Shown in pieces: positions 23,159-32,000 of a DNA stretch of 32,000 nt (position 1 is the first letter of the stretch; every line of letters starts with the position of its first letter). Below the pieces are notes generated by a model. That model was not told the DNA's origin. It made no database searches and saw only the letters and a program-made list of their open reading frames with translations. A program made the position numbers and the translations under genes. The DNA is from Ureaplasma parvum serovar 3 str. ATCC 27815. GTDB lineage: Bacteria > Bacillota_I > Bacilli_A > Mycoplasmatales > Mycoplasmoidaceae. The stretch spans positions 1 to 32,000 of the forward strand of contig NC_010503.1 in NCBI RefSeq assembly GCF_000019345.1. The letters run 5' to 3'.

Positions 23159-24184
23159 TTAATTTTTATTCACTTTCCATCCTAATTCTCATTTTAGCAA
23201 AACAATCATTGGAATCGCAAAAACTGTTGCTACTAAAAAAACAATATTAAATTTTGAAAAAAATTCTACAATTATTCCAAGTAATTCTAATAAAAAAGTA
23301 GTTAGAAAAATGGCGATAATCATTTGAAATAAATAATTAGTTCTTTTAAAAAGTAAACGAACTAAATGGGGCATAACAATTGCAATTAATGAAAGACCGC
23401 CAATTAAAAACGTAGTTGAAATGGCAATAAAAATTGAACAAGTTGAAGTGATTCAAAACACTTTATTAACATCGATTCCTAGTGATTTAGCTAAATAATG
23501 ATCCGTATCTAAAATTTGGATTTTTTTAGCATAACATAACAAAATAATCGTACTTATAAACACTATTGGAGTGCCAATATAAAAGCGCTCAATAGAATTG
23601 TAAACACCAATACTACCTAATAATTGAATGGGGGAAGCGACAATTGATGAATTAAAATTAGCAATTAAAATATTAACAGCTGTGATAATGGCACCTAATG
23701 AAAAACCAAAAATAATAGGTTTAAAAGTTTTCTTATGTGGTGAAATTCTAATAAATAAAAAATTGATTCCTAAAGCAAATAAGCTAAAAATAATTCCAAA
23801 AACATAGCCAATAAAAATATTAGAAAAACTTTTGGTAATTAACTGACTCAAAATATTACCTAAGGCTGCTAATGGAAAAATTCCTAATGTTGATGGACCT
23901 GCCAAACCATTACGCGTTGTAGATTGCAAACTAAATCCACTGCAAACCAATCCTGCACCACAAACTAATAAAACAATTGGAGAATAAAAAAACAATAAAA
24001 AAACCTCTTCAAATGAAGCATTTTGAAAGTAAAACGATTCTCAAATAAATGTTTTGTTAGTATAAATAATGTTAAATATAAAAATAAAAGAAGTTAACAA
24101 AACCAAAACAACAAAAACACTTCATTTATATATTAAATATTTTTTAAAATTAAGTTTATTTTCAAATTTCAATTTTATTTTCAT
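23159..24184 (-). CDS. FecCD-family (iron-type) ABC transporter permease B (341 aa, table 4)
   Basis: In-frame join of track ORFs 23453..23995 and 23189..23374 plus TGA-containing flanks, from ATG 24182-24184 to TAA 23159-23161. CGAGLVCSGFSLQSTTRNGLAGPSTLGI motif. Confidence 0.83.
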
Positions 24185-24200
24185 AATATATTATTATAAA

Positions 24201-25601
24201 TTAAAAATCTGATTTAGCCGTGTTGATTCTTGTTTTAAATTGGGTTTTGGGATCATTAATTCCTTGTGTACTACTAATTATTCAAGATCCTGTATTTTTA
24301 ATCATAATTAATTTATTCATTGAGTTTAATAAATGGGATGGGCCCATATAAATTGCAAAATTTTTATCAACAAATTCCGCTTTTTCACTATCATTAGGAG
24401 CCTTATTAATTTTTTCTAATTTATCATAATTAATCAACTCTTTTAAATAATTACCAACACCTTGGGTTTTTAAATTAATATTATTAAAACTTTCATAATC
24501 AACTATTGCATCAGGTTTTAAACCGAATGAAATTAAATGATCAATACTATCTGCTCATGTCCCAACAATTTTATAACCATAAGTTAGCTTAAAATTTTTA
24601 TTTATATAATGAGGTTTAATTATTAAATTACGCTCTTTAATAGTTGGTTTGTGATCAAATAAATTTATTAATTCTTCTTTATTAAATGGGAGATAACTTC
24701 ATTGTTTTTTTATTGTTTTTTTATTTGTGAAAATTTTTAATAATTCTTTAATAATTAGTGATTGCCCAACCATTGTAAAAGAACCTCATCAAAACAATGA
24801 ACGATCAATAAAAATAATTTTTGAACGAGAATTGCGTAAGAATTTATGAGCATAAAAATTTTTGTTTGATAAAATTTCTTTAAATAAATCTTCACGTTTT
24901 TGACCATCTGTTTTGTATTTATTATTAGTAAATAAATTAGAATCATACATATAAAAAACATAATCAGCTGTTTTATAAAATGAAGATGTTTGTTTTAAGA
25001 CTGATTCGAGCGGGTTTGTTCTTAATGCATTATAACCAATTGATTGATAACGATCAATAATATCACTAATATCATTATTAATTGGTTTTGGAAAATTCAA
25101 TCCCAATCCTGGAACTTCTGTATAAGGATTAGAATAGATTAGTGGAAAATCTGAAGGTGTTAGAATAGAAAATTTATTATAATTTTCTTTATTATTAACT
25201 AATTCATTACGATTTTCTATAACTAAAACAGTTGCTTTATGATTGCGCATTTTTTGGATGCTATCGAGCATTGCTACATTATTAATATCATTTTTTAATA
25301 AACGTGCGATCTTTAGACTTCATTCAGTAAATGAATGTACATTTTGCATTGGTTTTGGTAGACGTTTTTTTAATTCATTAAAATTTAAAACATTATCTAA
25401 TTGGCGAGCAAATTCTAAATGAATTTTATAAGGATCACGAAAAAAATTATTCAATCTCCAATTTTTATTTTTGAATAATCAATTAGTATCATACGGTTTT
25501 TGTTGTTGAAGATTTTTACATGAACTTAATGTTGTAAAAATAATACTTAATCCAAGCATTGAAATTACATTAATTAATCTAAATTTAAAACTAATTTTCA
25601 T
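24201..25601 (-). CDS. Lipoprotein, candidate iron/metal-complex binding protein of the adjacent ABC cluster (466 aa, table 4)
   Basis: N-terminus MKISFKLRLINVISMLGLSIIFTTLSSCKN with lipobox; track ORF 24789..25271 lies inside the frame; gene sits between FecCD-type permease genes. Binding function is inferred from context. Confidence 0.72.
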
Positions 25602-25636
25602 TATTAAAACCATTTTATTATTTATTTTAATAAAAA

Positions 25637-26740
25637 TTAAGCTCTATTTCAATGTTTTCAACCCAAATAAGCTAAAACAGGTGCTCCTATAAAACTCATT
25701 CAAATCGATGAATTAATATAAATTGTCTCACGATATAGTATTAAACCTAAAGATGTTATCATTGCACCTAATAATCCTGATAAGGGCATAACATAACGAT
25801 AATCTCTAATTGAAAAAATTTTACGCACGATATGGGGACCAAATAATCCAACAAATGCAATATTACCAACTAATAAAATAGTTGGTGAAACTAAAAAAAT
25901 AGTTGAAATAATAGCTAAAATTTTAATAATAATAATTGACGATCCTAAGTTTTTAGCTTTTTCATCACCAATTTCTAATAAGGTTAATTTGTAAGCTAGA
26001 AAACAAGCTAATATTACACCAATTAGAATTAAAATTGCACTAACTCATAATGTTAAAAAAGGATCAATATGAGTTGTATAAATATTTTCACTACCCCCTA
26101 AAACATATTTAAAATTAATACTTGAACCTTTAGCACTTTGAATACGAATAAAATAAGAAATTGTATTAAAAAAAACTCCTATAGCTAATCCTGCTAAAGT
26201 AATTTTAATATATGATAATCTGCTTCTTGTTGCAAAAACTAGAATCAATAAAATAATGCTAGCAATTATTCCACCAATAATGGCAAAACCAAAAAGTTCT
26301 CCAAAAGAAATCATGTTATATGAGAATGCAATTACAATCATAAATACACTTGATTGTACAATACCTAATGTACTTGAATCAGCTAATGGATTTTTAGTTA
26401 GTGCTTGTGTCACGCATCCAGCAATTGCCAAACTAATACCTGATAAAATTGAAGAAATGCTTGCTCAAAATGTAGCTTGTAAATTTAAATATTTAATATT
26501 TGTTGGATCTAAAAAATGTCCATTAAAAATTAATTTAAGGGACTCGTGTAAGGGAAAGTAAACATATTTATTTAATTGTTGATCATAAAAATTAGCATAT
26601 GAAATATTTCATACTCAAATACTAAAAATAGCAATAATTAAAAAAACTGTTGCTCCTATTAAAATGAGTGGCTTTAATTTTTTAACTTGTTGATTTTTAA
26701 TTTGTTTAAATAGTTTAAAACGAAAGGTATAATTTTGCAT
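25637..26740 (-). CDS. FecCD-family (iron-type) ABC transporter permease A (367 aa, table 4)
   Basis: Frame containing track ORF 26045..26431; GISLAIAGCVTQALTKNPLADSSTLGI and NIAFVGLFGPHIVRKI motifs. Confidence 0.87.
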
Positions 26741-26860
26741 TAATTGAATATTTTATTTTTAATTTTTAATATCTATTAAATATATCAAATTAGATATTTT
26801 TTTAAGCGACTCCCATTATATTTTGTATATAAATTATCTTATTTTTAAAATAATAGGAAT

Positions 26861-26889
26861 AAAAACACAACCGCATCGGTTGTGTTTTT
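26861..26889. terminator. Strong intrinsic terminator downstream of rpsB
   Basis: Perfect 13-bp stem AAAAACACAACCG-CAT-CGGTTGTGTTTTT. Confidence 0.85.
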
Positions 26890-26906
26890 CCTCTTAAAAC
26901 ATTAAA

Positions 26907-27956
26907 TTATTTTGTTTCTGCTTTAATAACGTTTGTTTTTATTTCATTGGTTGTTGAATCAACTGGTTTTTTGTTATTAAATTTATTGAATGTAGATTTA
27001 TGATTTACATATTTTGGATTATAACCACGTTTGCTTGGGTCATAATTATTTTGTTTTCAATTTGATTTTGTTTCAGGTAAAACAATTTCGCTATCTGGTC
27101 GTCCAACAATTTTTGTTGGTTCACCGTGCAATTCAGCAATTGAATCTGCTAGCACACCTAAAATCAAAGTAATTGATTTAACTGAATAATTATTTACTGG
27201 AATAATGTAATCAATCAATTGTGGATCAGCATTCGTATTTGCTAAAGCAATTACTGGAATGTTTAATTTACGTGCTTCTTTAATAGCATTAACATCATTA
27301 ACAGGATCTACTAGAATTAAAACATCTGGACGTTGTTTCATATTTTTAATCCCGCCATAGAATTTTTCTAATTTAGCAGTTTCTTTATTAATTGCAATTT
27401 GTTCTTTTTTAGAATATTTATTAATCTCTTCACTTTCTAATAAAGCTAAATTACTATTAAATTTTTTTAATGAACGTGAGATGTTAGTAAAGTTTGTTAA
27501 AGTTCCACCTAATCATCTTTGAGTTACATAAAATGAATTAGTACGTTCTGCTTCTGCTTTAATTAATTCTTTAACAACACGACCTCTTGTACCCACAAAC
27601 ATCACAGTGCCCCCGTTTTGAGAAACCTCTTGTAAGAATTTGTATGCACGATCTAAAAATAGAATTGTTTTTAAAATATCAATTACATGGTTATTTGAAC
27701 GTTTAGCATGGATGTAACTAGCCATTTTAGGATTTCATTTCTTAGGATTTAACCCAATATGAGCACCTGATTCAGTTAATTTTACAATTGAAACTAAAGT
27801 TTTAAGATTTTTTATAGTTGAATTTGCATTGACTTTAAGCTGAATTGCATCAGCCGGTGATGTAGGTTTTTGTTCTACTTTTGCATTTTCAGTAGTAACT
27901 ACTTCAACGTTAGCTACCGATTCAACTTTTTTCGTCGAATTTTCCATTTGAGACAT
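26907..27956 (-). CDS. rpsB: 30S ribosomal protein S2 (uS2), with N- and C-terminal extensions (table 4)
   Basis: Track ORFs 27735..27965, 27513..27725 and 27057..27341 join through TGA=Trp; ESGAHIGLNPKKWNPKM, FVGTRGR, RWLGGTLTNF, NIPVIALANTNADP. ATG at 27956 preceded by GAAAGGTGG, preferred over the track's GTG 27965. Confidence 0.95.
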
Positions 27957-28055
27957 GGAATCCACCTTTCGTAATTTTAAATATTTGTTTGTTATTTAAA
28001 TCAAAAAAATAAAATAACTTATAAATTTTAACAAAAATATATTATTTTAAATAAA

Positions 28056-29027
28056 TTATTTATTTTGATTAAATCCTTTAATCGTTTTTAAATATTCTAA
28101 AACTGCTTCTTGACTTCCATTGCCTTTTTTAATCAAAATCTTAAAAACCACCGCTGTTTTGTTATTAACATCAGGTTCAACACTTTGAATTTCATAAATA
28201 AAACCTGTTTGGAATGGTAATTTAAATAATGTTTTATAATTTTCAATAACTTCTTTTATTGTTTTTTGTTTTGTTTTTTCATCAATTAATTGTGGTTCAA
28301 GTTGATTTTTATCTTGTTTAATCGCTTCTAAATTAGCTAAATAAATCTTTTTATCAGCTTCAGAAATAAAACCATTAAGTGTTTTGTTATAAGTAATGCT
28401 TGCTAAATTTTCTCCATTACCTTTACTGATTTTAATTTCGATATCAATAGAATTAGCAGTTTTACTTTTAGTAATTTTTAGAATTTCATATTTTAAATCA
28501 TTATTACTATTGTTAATATTTAAATAACTATTTTGTCATTTTAATGCTTCATCTACTGTTGTTTTACTAATGTTAATACTTGAATTAACTATGGGCATTA
28601 AATAAAGAGTATTATGGTTTTTTTCATCTTCTAAATATTTTTTATTTTCTAAAAATAAACGATATTGTTTAGCATTCTTAAAACCTTTTAAGATTTTTTT
28701 GTAAGTGTGCGTTTGACCTTTAAAATGATAACGAATTATTAGATCAATTACATCTTCATCTAACTCATTCAATCGTGCATCATATAATTCATATTTAATA
28801 TCTTTATTTGGTGCCAAAAATTGAATATTAGTTTTAATAATCTTAATAAATTCTGAAGCTAAAATCTTTGAAAAATCATGTTGATCATAACCTTTAATGG
28901 TTGGATAAATTTCATTCTCTTGTTTTGATTTTATTGATGAGCTGCACGCAACACCACTTGTTGTTATCAAACCTAATAGTCCAACAATTAAACTACTAAT
29001 GAAAACTGTTTTAATTTTTTTATTCAC
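28056..29027 (-). CDS. Putative lipoprotein with internal ~60-100 aa repeats (323 aa, table 4)
   Basis: Signal peptide and lipobox LITTSGVAC; TGA=Trp after ..TTVDEALK (WQNSYLNINN..); stop TAA 28056-28058. Confidence 0.78.
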
Positions 29028-29041
29028 TGTTTCTTTACCCT

Positions 29042-29788
29042 TTAGTCTAAATTAATTTTAATTTTTTTAAATAATTGAGCCTGTTGTTCATTTTTACCTT
29101 TACTAATCATTATTTCCACAACTAATTCACGTTGTCTTTCATCTAATGGTTCAAAATAGTTAATGTCTATTATTTTAATATTAATATCTTTAAATTTTGA
29201 GTCTACTTTTAATTGAGGAATTAAATCCTCACCAAAATTAAAAGCTTTTTCACCTAATGTTTTAATTTCAACCAAACTTCTTTTTTGATATTCTGGTTTT
29301 ATTCTAAGATTAAAAAAACCTATTTTTTGTTTTTGATCATAATCCCAAGCACTTTTAATAATATTTAAATTTTGTTGAAGGATTGTTTTATCTTCTTTTT
29401 GTTTAGGAGTTAAAAATGGTTGAAAATAAAAATCATAATTAATTGATTCTTTATATTTTTGAATTTTAGCATTAATCGTAACTTTAAGAATTTGTTCTGA
29501 ATCCTTTTTAATATCAACAATTTTATACTGGACATTCTTTGGATTTCTTGATAAATCATAAACTAGTAGGTTATTTGATCCGTCTTTATTGATTTTTACT
29601 TTTTTTAAAACATCATCAATAGTATTGTTATCATTAGCAAATTCTTTTGCTAATGAAACTGTTGGACGATAAGTTAAAATAACATCCTGGTTAATTTTAA
29701 ATTGCGAACAAGCGCTAACGATAAGGGGAATTGCCAAAATTGGCAATCCCAAAAAAGACATGATTATTTTTTTTAATTTTATTTTCAT
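29042..29788 (-). CDS. Putative lipoprotein, related in repeat pattern to the neighbouring lipoprotein (248 aa)
   Basis: Signal peptide and lipobox IPLIVSAC; 14-bp gap to the next lipoprotein gene; repeat-like segments ending in V.I.I.KG. Confidence 0.78.
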   Translation of the reverse strand: MKIKLKKIIMSFLGLPILAIPLIVSACSQFKINQDVILTYRPTVSLAKEFANDNNTIDDVLKKVKINKDGSNNLLVYDLSRNPKNVQYKIVDIKKDSEQILKVTINAKIQKYKESINYDFYFQPFLTPKQKEDKTILQQNLNIIKSAWDYDQKQKIGFFNLRIKPEYQKRSLVEIKTLGEKAFNFGEDLIPQLKVDSKFKDINIKIIDINYFEPLDERQRELVVEIMISKGKNEQQAQLFKKIKINLD

Positions 29789-29793
29789 AATTT

Positions 29794-31914
29794 CTATAAT
29801 TTTAACTTTAATGAAATTTTTTGAGTAATTGTATCTATTTTATCAATATAAACATTAATATTTTTATTAACATGCAAATTATCTTCTTCACAATAGTTTG
29901 AAATATGTAACAATGCATCATTTTTTAAACCAATATCAATAAAACTACCAAACTCTGTTTGGTTACGAATTGTTCCTTGTACTAACATCCCTATTTTCAA
30001 GTTATTAATATCAACCATTTGTGAACGTAAAATAGGAATATCATAATCATCACGAACATCTTGTAAAGGATTTTTTAAGTTATTAATAATGTTTTCAATA
30101 GTATAAATATCTGTTTTTAGAATAGTAGTTAATTCATTAGGATTTAATTGATTTAAAACTTGATAATTATTTATTAATTTATTAATTGGTAATTGTAAAT
30201 ATTTACATAATTCATTAACAACTAGATATGCTTCTGGATGAATACTTGTTCTATCTAAAAAATTATTAGCATTATTAATTCGTAAAAAACCAGCGGCTTG
30301 CTCAAAAACTTTATCGGTAATGTAAGGAATGGTTTTTAATTGTTCACGATTTTCAATAAATTGATGTTTTTTAACATATTCAAAAATTTTTTTTGCACTT
30401 CGCTTATTTAAACCTGATACTTTAGACAACAAAGGAATTGAAGCAGTATTAACATCAACACCAACTTGATTAACACAATAATCAATACAAAAATCAACTT
30501 TTTGTTGAAGAATGTTTTTATTAATATCGTGTTGATATTGACCTACACCAATACTTTTTGGATCGATTTTTATTAATTCACTTAAAGGATCAATGATTCT
30601 TCGTGCAATACTAATTGCCGAACGTTTTTCAACACTTAAGTTAGGAAATTCTTCACTTGCAATTGATGATGCTGAATAAATTGAAGCACCATCTTCACTA
30701 ATTACACAATAATTAAGATTTAATTTGAATTCCTTAATTAAATCACTAATAAAAATTACACTTTCATTTGATGCTGTTCCATTGCCAATTGCTATTGTAT
30801 TAACTTCGTATTTATTAATTAAGGATATTAACGTATTTTTAGCTTGTGTAATTAATATCTGTGGTTTGTGAGGGTAAATAATATCAGTATGTAATAATTG
30901 ATTGTTTTTATTAACAATTGCTAATTTGCAACCATGCACATATCCTGGATCAAATCCTAAAACAACATGGCTTTTTAAAGGTTTTTGTAATAATAATTGT
31001 TGTAAATTATTACTAAAAATTTGTGCTGATTGTTGGTGAGCTTCCTCTAATTTTTCTTTGTAAACAGCATTTGAAACTGAAGGAATTAATAAACGATCAA
31101 AACCATCATTAACAGCTGATTTAATGTAGTCATAGCTGTTACTTTTGATTTTTCTAGTATATTTATTGACAGCAAAATCAATAAGAAATTCTTTTTTAAA
31201 ATCAAGTTTAAATGCAATGATTTTTAATTCATTAGCTCGATCAATAGCCATTAATTGATATGCTTTTAAATATTTAATTGGGCAACTAAACTCATAATAT
31301 AAAGCAAAGTTTTTAGTTGGGTCATTTGTTATTTTATTAATTCTTGTGATTAATTTAGCATGTTTGTTAATTGTTTCATAAAGCATTTCTCTTAAAGTTG
31401 TATCGTTAGCAACTTTTTGGGCAATAATATCACAAGCTCCAGCAATAGCTTCATCAACACTTAAAACTTGTTCATTTAAATATTGTTTTGCAACTTCTTT
31501 AATATTAGAATTAGGATTATTTTTTAATATTAATAATGCTAATGGTTCTAACCCTTTTTCAATGGCGATTGATGCTTTTGTTTTTTTATTTGAGGCATAA
31601 GGTTCATAAAGATTTTCAAGATCAACAAGCCGTTGACAATTATTAATTAATTCTAATAAGTCATTAGTTAATAAACCTTTTTGTTCTAAATTTTTAATAA
31701 TTACTTCTTTACGTTTATTTAATTTTGTAAGATATTCATATTCATGTGCAATTGCTTGAATTTGAAATTCATCCATATTGTTAGTCAAATGTTTACGATA
31801 TCTAGCAATGAATGCAATAGTATTATTATCAGCTAATAAATTCAAAACATTTGTTATATATTTTGCCTCAATTTTTAATTTTTGAACTAGTGTTTTAATA
31901 ATTAAATCAATCAT
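29794..31914 (-). CDS. tex: Tex-like S1 RNA-binding domain protein (706 aa)
   Basis: NNTIAFIARYRKHLTNNMDE, GFDPGYVHGCKLAIV, GNGTASNESVIFI, VSEDGASIYSASSIASEEFP, HhH region, C-terminal S1 domain MLVQGTIRNQTEFGSFIDIGLKNDALLHIS. Confidence 0.95.
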   Translation of the reverse strand: MIDLIIKTLVQKLKIEAKYITNVLNLLADNNTIAFIARYRKHLTNNMDEFQIQAIAHEYEYLTKLNKRKEVIIKNLEQKGLLTNDLLELINNCQRLVDLENLYEPYASNKKTKASIAIEKGLEPLALLILKNNPNSNIKEVAKQYLNEQVLSVDEAIAGACDIIAQKVANDTTLREMLYETINKHAKLITRINKITNDPTKNFALYYEFSCPIKYLKAYQLMAIDRANELKIIAFKLDFKKEFLIDFAVNKYTRKIKSNSYDYIKSAVNDGFDRLLIPSVSNAVYKEKLEEAHQQSAQIFSNNLQQLLLQKPLKSHVVLGFDPGYVHGCKLAIVNKNNQLLHTDIIYPHKPQILITQAKNTLISLINKYEVNTIAIGNGTASNESVIFISDLIKEFKLNLNYCVISEDGASIYSASSIASEEFPNLSVEKRSAISIARRIIDPLSELIKIDPKSIGVGQYQHDINKNILQQKVDFCIDYCVNQVGVDVNTASIPLLSKVSGLNKRSAKKIFEYVKKHQFIENREQLKTIPYITDKVFEQAAGFLRINNANNFLDRTSIHPEAYLVVNELCKYLQLPINKLINNYQVLNQLNPNELTTILKTDIYTIENIINNLKNPLQDVRDDYDIPILRSQMVDINNLKIGMLVQGTIRNQTEFGSFIDIGLKNDALLHISNYCEEDNLHVNKNINVYIDKIDTITQKISLKLKL

Positions 31915-32000
31915 TTTGCACCCCTTTTAGAATTAATAAATTATAAACTTTTGATAGTCAAAATTAGTTATGTTAATTTAAATGCTTTATAATTACTAAG

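Noticed and set aside
21167-24184. Apparent pseudogene fragments in the hydrolase and FecCD permease genes
   Set aside because: All breaks are TGA codons in a single frame at plausible Trp positions; the genes are intact under table 4.
24755-24961. 68-aa - strand ORF and nearby 26256..26561 + strand ORF
   Set aside because: Out-of-frame or antisense to the lipoprotein and permease A genes respectively.
1-32000. CRISPR arrays, transposases, integrases, restriction-modification or toxin-antitoxin genes, tRNA and rRNA genes
   Set aside because: None seen: no spaced direct repeats, no recognisable recombinase or methyltransferase (other than PrmC) proteins, and intergenic regions are too short or lack cloverleaf-like sequence. 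A tRNAscan/Infernal run would be needed for certainty.

Overview
The window is an AT-rich chromosomal segment from a Mollicute. It is probably Ureaplasma or a close relative; this is inferred from content and gene order, with no database check. UGA must be read as Trp (translation table 4). The supplied six-frame track uses the standard code, so it splits dnaA, prfA, mgtE, rpsB, the BMP lipoproteins and nearly all ABC permeases into fragments, which I rejoined by frame arithmetic. The first ~8.9 kb is + strand: dnaA, rpmE, prfA, prmC, a TsaC/Sua5-like gene, rpiB, two tandem SemiSWEET-like (PQ-loop) genes, mgtE, and rplJ-rplL preceded by a well-formed L10 leader. From ~9.1 kb to the end every gene is on the - strand: BMP-family lipoprotein 1; a BMP lipoprotein / ATPase / permease / permease nucleoside-type ABC operon; tatD, mnmE, holB, tmk and an alpha/beta hydrolase; an iron-type ABC cluster with three FecCD-like permeases and one lipoprotein but no ATPase; rpsB; two small repeat-bearing lipoproteins; and a Tex-like S1 protein. 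I found no CRISPR, mobile element, rRNA, tRNA or clear defence system. The best second-look items are the ABC permease with a ~360-aa charged, probably coiled-coil C-terminal extension, the ATPase-less three-permease iron cluster, the tandem divergent SemiSWEET pair, and the repeat-containing lipoproteins. Nothing here supports a claim of a wholly new system.
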